A DNA stretch of 62,833 nt, the filler included, from Diploschistes diacapsis (taxonomy: Eukaryota), in NCBI GenBank assembly GCA_023645945.1. It is 13 parts of 13 records of this genome, joined end to end, with 100 filler letters (N's around TTAATTAATTAA, not from the genome) between each part and the next. Parts side by side here need not be neighbours in the genome. Positions count along the whole stretch, not along the records: positions 1 to 4,795 come from JALAIB010001652.1; positions 4,896 to 9,689 come from JALAIB010001653.1; positions 9,790 to 14,568 come from JALAIB010001654.1; 10 more parts are not named here. One strand, written 5' to 3'. Below are positions 1 through 11,332 of the stretch, piece after piece. The notes under the pieces are model-generated. The model was not told the DNA's origin. It saw nothing but the letters and a program-made list of their open reading frames with translations, and ran no database searches. Within the stretch, counting starts at the first letter, position 1. Every line of letters begins with the position of its first letter. The translations under genes were made by a program, and so were the position numbers.

Positions 1-761
1 GCCACGTAATAGTTCAGTTCAGTTCGGCCAATCAAATCCGTTAAAATTCATTTCGGCCAATCAAACCCTTGACTGATACTTTCGGAGTTAATTTCTTATC
101 TACGGTTTTTTCTACGCCCATAAACACACTAATCTGCAACTTAGTCCTGCGCTTCGCTTAAAAACAAATAAAAAGTATTCTGCCAAGCCTTTTCGGATTT
201 AAGGCTTAACTCCGTAGTGAAACCACACCAGCACGGTCATCAATTCCATCATACCAAAAGTTGTCGGTCAGCCCCCAGGCTCTCCATTATGAAGGAAATG
301 CAAAAATTTCCTCCCCGCCATGTGCATATAGCTTCATTTTGAAATATCCAGAATGCCTGTACTGAGGCAATAAAGAAGATGGAGATAATGAGTATATATT
401 CTTTAAGCAACTTTGTTTAGAAGTTGTCAGAGTATTAACCTAAATAGGTTAGTCTGTCGGATCAATAAGTTATTAATGGGATGTCGAAGGTTCCTCTGGT
501 CTGACCTACCAGGAGGTGAGAGATTCCCATATTACGAAGTACGTTTTCCAGCCCACGGAAGGAATCCTACAAGCTACAATAGTGAATGTTTGAATACATT
601 TAGTACTTGGCATATTGGCGCGCAGTCTCTCTCCCTGGCAGCCAAGAAGATTGACCCGCTTATACGAGTAAAGCGTTCTACTCCATCACTCTAATCCCTT
701 CACTCTTTAATATATTACTGGAGGAATTTCCGAGTGGCTGCGACGCTCGACTTTGGGTAAA

Positions 762-1886
762 ATGGGTAAATCCTCAAAAGACAAAAGGGACGCTTACTAC
801 CGTCTTGCGAAGGAACAAGGTTGGCGTGCACGGTCCGCTTTCAAGCTCATCCAGCTAGATGAAGAGTTCAATCTTTTTGGAGGGGTCACAAGAGTAGTAG
901 ACCTCTGCGCTGCTCCTGGAAGCTGGAGTCAAGTACTCTCGCGAGTGTTGATCAAAGGTGAGAATTTTGGCAGGCGAGCGTGGGAGGAGAGGCAGGAGCG
1001 TGACAAAAAGGTTCTGGACGGCGACTATGAAGCTGTCCTGGAAGAACAAAAGAACTCGGAGCTTCAGCCACGAGAAAATGTGAAGATCGTTGCTATTGAT
1101 TTACAGCCCATGTCTTCGCTGGAGGGCATTACTACGCTTGTTGGGGACATCACGCATCCTTCTACCATTCCAAGAATCTTAAAAGCTCTCGACCCCGATA
1201 CCTACGATCCTGAATCAGCTGCCATTTCTACGAACCACCCCGTAGACCTGGTGCTGAGTGATGGTGCACCAGATGTTACTGGCTTGCACGATTTAGATAT
1301 CTATATTCAGTCTCAGCTTCTTTTCTCTGCTCTAGACTTGGCGCTGCGAGTGCTCAAGCCAGGAGGCAAGTTTATGGCCAAAATATTTCGTGGCAAAGAT
1401 GTCGACTTGATATATGCACAGATGAAGTGCTTCTTCTCAGACGTCCGTTGCGCCAAGCCAAGAAGCTCTAGAGCAAGCAGTCTTGAAGCTTTTATCGTAT
1501 GCCAAGGGTTTTCCATGCCGAAGGGCTATAAGCTGGATAAGCCGGTTGGTCTGAGCAGTCAGATACCCAAACTAGCAAACGCAAAGGAGAAGGAACGAGA
1601 GCCCTTTGTTAACGGCCAGAGAAGAACGAAGCGTGAAGACAGTATCACTGTCTTGGAGTTTGAATCTGACGAAGAAGATGATGTTGGTTGGATTGCGCCA
1701 TTTGTGGCCTGCGGAGATCTATCATCCTGGGATTCTGATGCTACATATCATCTACCAAAAGATAGGGTCACACTGGACCCAGTCCAGCCCCCCACAGCTC
1801 CACCATATAAAAGGGCACTCGAGCTTCGAAGACAGCAGGGAGGCTTCTATGGGAAGACAAAGAACAAAAATCAAAAGGAGCCATAA
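762..1886 (+). CDS. TRM7: tRNA (cytidine32/guanosine34-2'-O)-methyltransferase, FtsJ family; intronless
   Basis: [30 protein letters not shown]-terminus, [16 protein letters not shown] motif, [34 protein letters not shown]; first ATG at 762. Confidence 0.96.
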   Translation: MGKSSKDKRDAYYRLAKEQGWRARSAFKLIQLDEEFNLFGGVTRVVDLCAAPGSWSQVLSRVLIKGENFGRRAWEERQERDKKVLDGDYEAVLEEQKNSELQPRENVKIVAIDLQPMSSLEGITTLVGDITHPSTIPRILKALDPDTYDPESAAISTNHPVDLVLSDGAPDVTGLHDLDIYIQSQLLFSALDLALRVLKPGGKFMAKIFRGKDVDLIYAQMKCFFSDVRCAKPRSSRASSLEAFIVCQGFSMPKGYKLDKPVGLSSQIPKLANAKEKEREPFVNGQRRTKREDSITVLEFESDEEDDVGWIAPFVACGDLSSWDSDATYHLPKDRVTLDPVQPPTAPPYKRALELRRQQGGFYGKTKNKNQKEP

Positions 1887-2256
1887 GGCTGAAACGATAT
1901 TTTCGGTCTTATATCACCATTCTGTGCATCGTGTTTTTTCGAGTCTGGCTTGGCCAAAGTGCATCAACGGCTAATTCAAAGGCAGGAGTGCCTCGGTCGA
2001 CTAGATCAATACCTATGGCTAGTTGTTAGAGCCAAGCATGGCCCAAACTAATCCTTTACTACCCAGATTGGGTCAGTGTCTAGAAGAATGTTTTTGGATA
2101 CGGTGACCAGCGTCGGAAGGCAACTTCTTGATTGTCAGATCCATCGTTCCCTTAGCACTGCTAGCTGCGCGTGTTCAGAGCAACGGGTGGGACTCTATTG
2201 CGAGACCGTGATAAGCCGTTCGGGACCCTCTGCTGACATGGGAAGTTGTGTTCGTG

Positions 2257-3257
2257 TCATACAATACGTCCGAGGCTCGAATACTTAGGGCGTTGGAGAG
2301 GCTTGATGCCCCTATGTATGGCTGCAATACCGCCTGTCAAAATTTCATAGCCTTCTCCGGAAACCGCAAAGCCAGCCTTCTCAATCATGGCTTTGAACTC
2401 TTCTTGGCTTGGGAAACGCTCGATGCTTTCAACTAGGTACTGATAGCTGTTCCGATCTGCAGCAACAAGCTCCCCAATAATGGGAATCGCGCTGAAGCTC
2501 CATCTTTTGTAGATAGCGTTGAACAAGCTATTATTAACCTTACTGAACTCAAGGCAGGCGAATGCGCCACCCGGTTTCAGGACTCGGAACGCCTCTTTCA
2601 GCGCTCTTTGTTTGTCTGTGAAGTTGCGAATACCAAATGCGACAATATAAAGGTCAATCGAGTCGCTCTTGATCATACTCAGCTCTTCCGCATTAGCCTC
2701 AATAAATTTGAGCCTGTCAGTGCTCATATATGGCGTTGCTGAGCCTCGCTTCTGTCCCTCTGCAAGCATGTCTGCGTTAATATCCGCGACAGTCACGGTG
2801 GTCTTGTGATCGCCCTTCACTTTAGTCGCGTAATCTAGCATGCGGAACGCGATGTCCCCTGTTCCTCCTGCGATGTCCAATATATTCCATCCTTCGCCGG
2901 ATGACGTGCTGCCAGGACTCAACGAACTCACGAAGCGGTCCTTCCAGAGGCGATGCACACCAAGTGACATCAAATCGTTCATGGTATCGTAGGATGAGGC
3001 GACAGAAGAAAACACTGAACCAACTGGACCACGTTAGCATGCGTCGAAGCTGAAGTCGGAGATACAGCCGACTTACCTCTGTCCTGCTTCGCCGACTCGG
3101 CGATGGTCTCAAACCCAAAATGAGTTGTTCGCCCATTCTGACTATCCTTTCGTTTCGCTTTGCGAGGCGTACAACCCAGATATCTTGCGTTTTGGAAATG
3201 TGTACTTTTGCGAAGAGCAGCCGCTGCTCTTCTGCTTGAAAAGCTCGTGACAAGCAT
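2257..3257 (-). CDS. COQ5: Mitochondrial ubiquinone biosynthesis C-methyltransferase (UbiE/COQ5); 2 exons (3257-3077, 3023-2257)
   Basis: THFGFET, VFSSVASSYDTMNDLMSLGVHRLWKD, LDIAGGTGDIAF, AFGIRNFT, YQYLVESIERFPSQ; intron 3076-3024 (GTAAGT...GCTAAC...CAG) restores frame; basic presequence-like N-terminus. Confidence 0.95.
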
Positions 3258-3569
3258 ATGGGAGCAACAGTAGATATAGAATGTCAATTCTCTCACCGAA
3301 ATTAACAACCAACTTTTTTCCCGAGGTTTTGTTATAATGCCAGGTGCGGCAAAAAATTTTGTAGGCGCGTTGATGAGCTTGAAGTGAGGATCTTTCAGCT
3401 TCAAATTTAAGTAATCCTTACAGATTCTTAACTAAAACCCATCCCGCAGATGCTTGAATGTGTATCAGAGTGAAATGCACGGCTCGTAATAGACCTACTT
3501 TCTCCGTTGTTGGCCGCTGAATGACAGCGAGCTTAGCAGAGCAGTTATTCCAGCATAGTTATTCTGACT

Positions 3570-4795
3570 GAAATTAATTTTTTTTACCCCTATTCCTAAA
3601 CAGGTAGGTGAGCTCCCTTTTTACTATTAAGCAAATTTTTCATTCTTTTTTTTTTTTTTCTTATATAAATTTTCGATCATTTCGAAGTTTTATCGAATGT
3701 TTAATCTCGAGTAATAAGCATCTCGAAGCTTATTACTTAATTAATATAATATCGCAGGACCTAAAGCGCCTACTCGTCGCCGTTAATGCCGCCCTCGACG
3801 GGCCGCTAGCTCCTACGTCTTCGCTCTCTTTTTCTACCGTCTTTTCTCGTTTTTCGACGCCGTTCTCCGGCCTTTACGCCTTTTTCGAAGATCTCGTCGT
3901 GTAACGGAAACGTCTTTTCGCTGTAAACGAGAAGTTTATATTTTCCGTCGCGTAATAAATTATTTTATAATCCTTCGTCGATAACGTCTGGTCCTTTCGG
4001 GATCGTTATAAGACGACGAAAACTTTCCGATATCGTCGATAACGAAAGAAATAAACTATCGATCTATACGTCGTTAATTTTAATAAAAAAAGAAAAATAA
4101 CCCGGGACGCGTTAAAATATAAAATAATAATTAAAACTATCTATATATTTAACGACGACGTCGTTTTATCGCGTATTCGTAAATACGTCGACGTTTATAT
4201 CGATAATCTCGAAAAAACCGACCGCGTTAAAATCTCGAATATCTTTATAGATTTCGCGGCCCGATAAATTTTTTTAAACTTTTCGATCGCCGATATCGCC
4301 CGACAATTCCGCGGCGTCGACAATCCCGACCTCCGCACCGCCATCGAGGCCGCCGGCGATAAATGATTTTTCCGTCACAGTATCCGCAACGTCGGCGTTA
4401 TTTATTTCAAAACGCATCCGGACACGAAAAGAAAGAACGCGGAAATCGGTTAAAAAGAACTCGCTATCGATAATAACTAAATAGAATTATCGGCGTACGA
4501 GAAAAGATTAACGACAGAAACGGGCGTTTATTACGATCCAAGTACCAGACTTAGCACGTCTTAGCTTTATATATAGGTTAGTTACGGGATCAAGAATCAC
4601 GTAATACGTTTATTACTCGCGTTTACCCTCGTGAGCGGTAAGCGAGCTTTCGTTACCGCTCGACGGTCGCGTTTATTCTTATAAACGGCGAGTCTCGGGA
4701 ACACCGTTCGTTAAACTTACGATAAACGGCAAGCGAGTTAATTATATATAAATACGATTTTATTTTCGTAAAAAAGAACGTGTTTATTTTTATAA
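3570..4795. mobile_element. RIP-degraded AT-rich repeat relic, family not identifiable
   Basis: Abrupt switch to AT-rich sequence, rich in TpA, poor in CpA/TpG, CpG retained; no intact ORF; runs to contig end. Confidence 0.7.
4529..4606 (+). mobile_element. 78-bp solo-LTR-like insert
   Basis: Inverted ends TATTACG...CGTAATA (RIP form of TGTTACG...CGTAACA), CGTT on both flanks, first 16 nt identical to the Gypsy 3' LTR start at 24152. Confidence 0.55.
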
Positions 4796-4895
4796 NNNNN
4801 NNNNNNNNNNNNNNNNNNNNNNNNNNNNNNNNNNNNNNNTTAATTAATTAANNNNNNNNNNNNNNNNNNNNNNNNNNNNNNNNNNNNNNNNNNNN
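4796..4895. other. Artificial contig spacer (N-TTAATTAATTAA-N); also at 9690, 14569, 19424, 24272, 29109, 33936, 38762, 43582, 48399, 53216 and 58026
   Basis: Identical 100-bp spacer with six-frame stop linker, 12 copies. Confidence 0.99.
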
Positions 4896-5096
4896 GGAAA
4901 GACCAAGGGGCTCAAAGGGTATCAAAAAGGCCTTCCGTATTGGCTTGTTGACCTCAAGGAGCCGTCTGAAACGCCAAGGAAAACCACACCATGACCCAAT
5001 ATGACGCCAAAAACAAAAGGGGGTATAGGTGAACAAAGCTTTGTCAACGAATGTGCTCATCAATGTCCATACGCATTGCCGCATGCCCACAACACC

Positions 5097-8000
5097 TCAT
5101 GTGCTGATGCCTTGAACTCCCAGGCCAAGACCCGGGCCGTCGGTCTTCACCTTCGACCCTAGAGCCCCTATTACTGGGACGTTGCCGATGCTCTCCTGTC
5201 GCCTCTCGCGGGCCGCTCTGACCGTGCCGTTCTTCCGATCGGCAACCAGCTCTCCCTTTTCCACTTTCTCTTGGATCATCTCGTCAAGCATCCGGCTCAT
5301 TTCATCGATGCTCTTCCGGTTGGGGCCTTTTCCATTCGCGAGGCCGATGCTGTTGGAAGGAGAGGTCCCGGCCGTGGATGCCTTGGCTCCCCCGAGAATC
5401 TCGAACGGCGATCGCTTGTTCGGTAACTCGACCGGCGACAGAGATGTGCTGTTGGTCGTGGTGGTAATGCTGCTGCCGAAGCTTCCTTTTGGCTGGTGCG
5501 TGTTCTCGGAGGATCGGAGGTTGCTGGAAGCGGTAGGCTGATGCACGTCCAACCTGCTCGCAGCGTTCACGGACCGGAATGCGGCGATTGTACGATCGCG
5601 CTCTTCCAGCTTGATGCGTAATTCTGCAATCTCAATATCCTTCTCTTGCAACGCAGTGAGGGAGAAGCCGCCGGAAGTCCGAGAATTAGAGGTACGGCGC
5701 GCTTGAATGAGCCGACGCTCTAATGCCGAGATGTACTTGGTCTTCTCCGTAAGGTCCGATCTGAGCGCACGATTTTGAGCCTCTACCGAGGCCGTCCCGT
5801 CCACATTCTCTTCCCCTTCGTCGCCCACGTTGGCAGCAGGCTCCAAAGAAGCAACGCTCGCTTCGCGTAGAGTTGCAAGCTGGTGTCCTATTGTGGCGGT
5901 CGATGCGCCCGAGGCAGTTCTATGAACTGTCGAGAGACTCGTAGAAGATCGAGCAGAATGCGTGCCCAGACTCGGAAGAAGCGGAGGATGCATGCTCAAA
6001 GAGGAGTACGAACCGCTGGCGTTGACCCCTTGGGATTGGGACGACAGAATCAAGCGGTTCAGGTGCTCGATACGCTCTTTCAGCGCGGTGCGCGCGAGCT
6101 GCAGCTCAAGCATCTGGTCATTGTGTCGAGCCTCGGCATCTTTCTCCAGCTGCTTCTCTTCCTTTTCAAGCTGTAGTTGATTCTGATGCTCGAGCTGCTG
6201 TTTCAAAGTCTGGATCTCTGAGCGATACCTTTCGAGCAACCCGCGCGAGGCCGGATCTGCAGCGACGCCAAGCGCTTCATCGGCCTTCCTCGCATGGCTC
6301 ACGATGTTGTTCTTGGCTCGCGCAGCAAACTTCAAAGTGTTGAGAGTTTCGGCCGTGTGGGTGTTTGCTGTTGCCGCGCTCCCCGCCGAGCCAATCTGGA
6401 TCGTGCACAGGATGCTGATCAACGAGTCTCCCGACAAGGCTTGCTGCAGCAGACGGGTCAGTTTGCTGTCTCTGTACGGTAGATGTCGGCCATCCTTGTC
6501 TGTCGGGTTGCCGTTCTTGTCCTTGCCTCCGGACAGTCGGGCAACAACGGTTCCCAGCGTGAGGAGACTTTTGTTGATATGGGCTCCTTCCTTCCTCCTC
6601 TCCTTGCTGTCGGCTGCTTTCTCCGAACCCGCCAAGTCGATGAGACTGAGCGTGGAGACTCGGACGCCTCCGGGCCCGAGCGCGGCTCGCTTCTCGCTCG
6701 AGGTCTCCGCCCGATCGCGGCTCTCCACAACGATCTTGACCACAGCGTGGCTTCGAGAACTATGGGCATTGAACTGAGTGGTCCCAACGTGCCTGGCCCT
6801 ATCACCCCGCGAAATGACTCGAAGAAGCTGCATCGGGCTTTGCACGATTTCTTCGCGTAATGGCGTGACGTAAACACCTCGTTTGCTATCCTCTCGCAGC
6901 TTGATCTTCTCCGGCTCCGTTCCGTCGGCAGGAAGAGGTGCAAGCAAGTCTCTGACATCTTCGTTGTATATCTCGAGATAACTCGCTCGCAAAAGGAATT
7001 CCCGATGAGGTGTCTCTCGTATGAAAGAAAAAATGTCCGTGATGGCGCGGGGTATCACGCCAGGCGAGGCCGTCGTGCCTTGCATGGAGAAGGTCTTGCC
7101 CGTCCCGGTCATACCGTATGCGAAGACCGTGCCGTGGTATCCTTCCATGACTCGCCTCACAAGCCGCTTGGCCGAAGCATCGTAAACTTTTCCGTTATCA
7201 TCGTGGCTGGCAAACACGTTGTCTGCTCCAATGTCAGTTACCATATTCCTCCAAAAAGGAGGGGGGGGGGGCCGCTTGCTTACCGTAGTAGTAATCGCCC
7301 CCTTCTTTGCCTCGAAAAGCAATCAACGATCGTCGCCCGTCCACCATCCACTCGCCTTCGGATGTCGCATCGCCGCCAGCATCCGGACGGACACGAACAC
7401 CGACCACAACGTTTCCTTTCGCTTCCCTGCCGCTCAGGCTACTCTGCTCGCTACCGTCCTGAGCATCGTCGCGCCCTCTTCGAGGCACTTCGTCCTCCTC
7501 AAACTGCGTTGCTTGCGTCGAATAGGAACCTTGGGCCGAAGAACTTCGGCTGTGGGCAGGTGACGGCAGGTTGAGGAAGCCTCCTCCGGCGCTCGATGAA
7601 GTGGAGACGGCGGAAACCGCGACGCTGCCGCCGCTGCCGTTGAGCAGGCTGGGCGTGCCGGCATAGGCCGAGCCAAGTGCCGGGGATTTGGCCGGCCGCT
7701 TCAACTTCTTTGGCTTTGCGCTGTCTGCACTGCTCACCGGCGTGGTCGGCGTGGCAGACTCAGCCGATGTGCTTCTGAACGAGTCCAAATTCGTTGTGAT
7801 CGGTGGTGACCCCAGCGAGGGTCGTCCACCCGGTTTTCCTATTCGAGAAATTGGATTCGGCGGCGGCTGGGGAAAGGCCGCAATGCTGACGGATCGCCGA
7901 ACGTTCCTGTCGTTGGATGTGTCGCCGACCTGCAGGGCCGCACTCCTCAGGGTCGGAACGGCAGGCGTCGAGGACGTTTGTTGGGCCGGGACATGGAAGG

Positions 8001-8178
8001 CTCTTCTCGTAGGCGTCGAAGGGATTCTGAGCTTGGAAGGGGTCTGTGGAGCCGACGGCAGACGGACTTGACCCGGCGAGGTCAGGCTTTTCCGTGTCTT
8101 CGGAGTGGGTAGTGGAGGAAGCGCAGCGGTGGGGGGGTCGCTCGGAGGACCCAACGCTCTCGGTAGCATGGTGTTCAT
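5097..8178 (-). CDS. KIP2: Kinesin-7 (Kip2/KipA/CENP-E family) motor; 2 exons, intron 7283-7223
   Basis: NVVVGVRVRP, FAYGMTGTGKTFSM P-loop, NAHSSRSH switch I, LIDLAGSE switch II, HLPYRDSKLTRLLQ, ETLNTLKFAARAK; coiled-coil tail; GTAAGC...CAG intron joins YYY-DNVF. Confidence 0.92.
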
Positions 8179-9432
8179 TGTTGTTTCAGATGGAGGGACT
8201 GTGGTGATGGGTCTGGAGCGGAAGTGATTGCAGAAGGCCTATGGAAGGAGGCCGTATAGTTGCTGGCGAGTCATTCAGTCCGAGATTGTGCCAAGTTCCA
8301 TGCCCATGCTGTCAAGTAGAAGTATGCGAGGGCCCGCTGTCAGACGGATGTTGCCCGAGAATGTGTATCCCGACACTGACTGCTCGGCCTGGTTTGTAAC
8401 CCCAGGGAGATCACGGGTATGTCGAAAAGTGCCGCGAATCTAGAATTCGATATAGGGTGAAGTGCGGAATTAAGTCGAGAGACAAGGATTGTAATGCAGC
8501 TGGCCGGCAAAGCACAGAGCACAGCTTTCCTGCAGAGAGACCACGTTCAAGGCCTCGAGGTTGCTGCGCAGTTGCAATTGCCGGACGGGGTCGAGGCGAT
8601 TGCTTGTTGTATTGTGCGTTTTTCTGGAAGGAATTGGAAAGCCGGCCTTCGAGAGAATGATGGCGCTGTTCCGGCAGTAAGGGGACTTCCCGTAGAACTT
8701 GCTATGCTCTTGGGGCCGCAACCACACCACACCACACCACACCACCCCGGTTTCGTCGTCGATGCTGACAGGTGTTTGAGTATGGAAAGAGTTGTGCGGA
8801 ACCTTTGACAAGGGAAAAGGCTCGCACCGGTGCAGCTTGGTGCGCAGAGAGATCAGGGTTGCGGACCACAGACGGGCGGAGAAGACTTAGGATATGATTC
8901 ACTCGTGCAACAGAGATAGATGGTATCAGCACCTCCCTGCACCATAGTTATAATTTTCAAGACACACGATAACCTTGTACTATGATGACTGGCAAGGTAA
9001 AGAGGGTGAAATTGGGGGGGAGAAAGGGAGCACTTCCAAGGCCAACTACAACTACAAGGAGATGGTGGAAGAATAATGGCGGTGGAAAAAAATAACAGAC
9101 TAACTCAAACTGCCTCCGTGCCCAAGATCGGGGGGTATGGTGGTATGGGGTATGGGGCCGTATGGGCCATGGGTAAGGGAGAATGCTAGGTAGAGTTTTT
9201 TACCATGGTCGATGGTTCAAATGCTTTTCAGAAAATAAACAACCAAAGTTAATAATGAAGATCGGAAGGGACCCCTAACGCTTACGCACCAGTAGTTAGT
9301 GCACTAATCCCTAATTCCCTGTCCCTATCCCCAATAACCCCTTCTGGAAATCCGCTACTTTTAAACGGCTTGCCTTCTTCTCCTGGAATGGGAGGAGAAT
9401 GGGAGGGGCATAATTACTACTAGTACTTGGTA

Positions 9433-9458
9433 GTAATAATAATAATAATAATAATAAT
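9433..9458 (+). repeat. (AAT)n microsatellite
   Basis: About 8 tandem TAA/AAT units. Confidence 0.85.
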
Positions 9459-9789
9459 ACTGGCCCCCCGGGGCAACGTCCAATGGGCGGCCTCGTCTGT
9501 CAAAAGGGCGACTAGGCTCCTTAAGTCATTGGAAGACCAAAAGCAGGCCCAAGAAGCCAACAGTCGCTGCAACGCTGCTGCTGCTGCTGCAACGCTGGCA
9601 AGCCTGCAACAACGCACAAACCGTTGAAGAAATAACCTACCAAACTTAAACCTCTTAGCCTTTTGCCCTTTGATAGGGAAGTTTGAAAANNNNNNNNNNN
9701 NNNNNNNNNNNNNNNNNNNNNNNNNNNNNNNNNTTAATTAATTAANNNNNNNNNNNNNNNNNNNNNNNNNNNNNNNNNNNNNNNNNNNN

Positions 9790-10538
9790 CCTTCCCCACC
9801 GCTCCCGTTCTTCCGGCCCGTGCCAGCGGCGCCCACCCCCCTGAAGCCCGAGTACCTGCTGGTATCCCTAACGCGGCGGCCCTCGTGGCCGAGCCTCAGG
9901 GCGGCCAGATCGTTGGCGAGGGCGTGGCCGACGAGCACCCTGCCGCGCAGCAGGGCGGCGACGACGGCGCGCACGGCGTCGAAGTCGCGGCCGCGGGCCA
10001 GCAGCGCGGGCGTGACGCCGGACCAGCGCGTGCGGTAGTCGGTCACGCGCGCGCCCGGCGCCGGCAGCACGAACGAGTCGTACACCTGGTGGCCCGTGTA
10101 CGACACCAGCGACACGCGCGCCAGCCTCGACGCGTCGTGCGGCGGCGCCCGCCCCGTCCCCACCATCTCGCAGTCCAGCCCCACGTACTTGCCCAGCCGC
10201 GCCGCGTGCGCGCCGTGCAGGCCCGTGTTCTCGAGCGCCCGGTCCAGCGCCGAGGTCGGCGAGAGGATGGGCAGGTCTGCGGCGGCGGCGGCGGTGGTGG
10301 TGGGTTCGCGCGCTTCGGAGGCCTGGACCGAGGACGCGGGGGAGGACGAGCTGGGTTTGCGGCGCTTGCTGTGGCTGGAGTGTTGGCCGTTGCTGGAGGC
10401 TTTGCGCTTGAGCGCGCCGTTGTGCTGGTGCTGGTGCTGGTGCTGCTGCTGCTGGTCTTGTGGCTTCGTCTGCGAGGTTTCCTTGTGCAGCGTCTGCCGG
10501 AGCGCCTTCCAGTTGCTGGAGAGGTTGTGCAGCTCCAT
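9790..10538 (-). CDS. REX4: RNA exonuclease 4 (DEDDh), 3' end lost at contig break
   Basis: LSSNWKAL N-terminal motif, GKYVGLDCEMVG, LARVSLV, VTDYRTRWSGV, LVGHALANDL, RDTS. Confidence 0.92.
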
Positions 10539-11332
10539 TGTCGCTTCCTTTCACCGATTTGGTGGGAGCATCGTGGGAGGGCGAAGATAGGCCGAATGGC
10601 AGAGGTAATTTCAAGTTGCTTTCGCTGATCCGGCTTAGGTGTAGGCTCAGGTGCAAAATAGGACCTCACTATTTGTGTGGAATTGAAGCCGTTGGATGTT
10701 TTTTTGTGTTCCAGGAAGCGGAGTTTGCGGAGACACCCGGTGGGTGTGTGTTTAATTTCCAGCAAATTACCACCACTACTTTGGCATGGCTCTATAAGGG
10801 AACAGGAGTGCACAAGGATGCTATCTAAGTTTGTTTTATTATTATGGAGGAGCTTTTTCGTGGATAAGTTAGCAACCAGGCCACTACTTTAACTACCGTC
10901 TAGTCAACTCTTTTACCGGACCCTCTGAATTCAACGTCTCCCAAGCCATTTCGCTGCTTGATTGTCCTGGAACGGGACATATAATAAGTACTATGAACAA
11001 ACTACTCCGCCTGTGCTTCACACCTGAAAACCGGACTGAATGAAATGCTTTGGGTAGAGAGTTATATAATTATATTAACCACCTACGGACGTAATTAGAT
11101 ACAATGAATGGCTAAGACGTGCCAAGGTGGGAAACCTTGGATCGTAACAGCATGAAAGGTTATTACCTATATTCCCAAAAAAGTTCATCGGGATGGTGTT
11201 TATCTAATATCTAACAAACCAGTACTCATGATACAATGCAACGGAAAAGCAATCGCGGATTGCAGCCATATTGGAAGGGGTTGTCGATTCACAACCAAGC
11301 TCGATGATATTGGAATTACGATCTACTGCAGA

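Noticed and set aside
4840..4851. Recurring TTAATTAATTAA motif at ~4.8-kb period
   Set aside because: Assembly linker with stops in six frames embedded in N runs; not biological.
9820..10828. Long overlapping and antisense ORFs over REX4 (also over ERG6, the DAO gene, KEL3, kinesin, ARG2)
   Set aside because: Shadow ORFs caused by high GC3 and few stop codons; no protein motifs.
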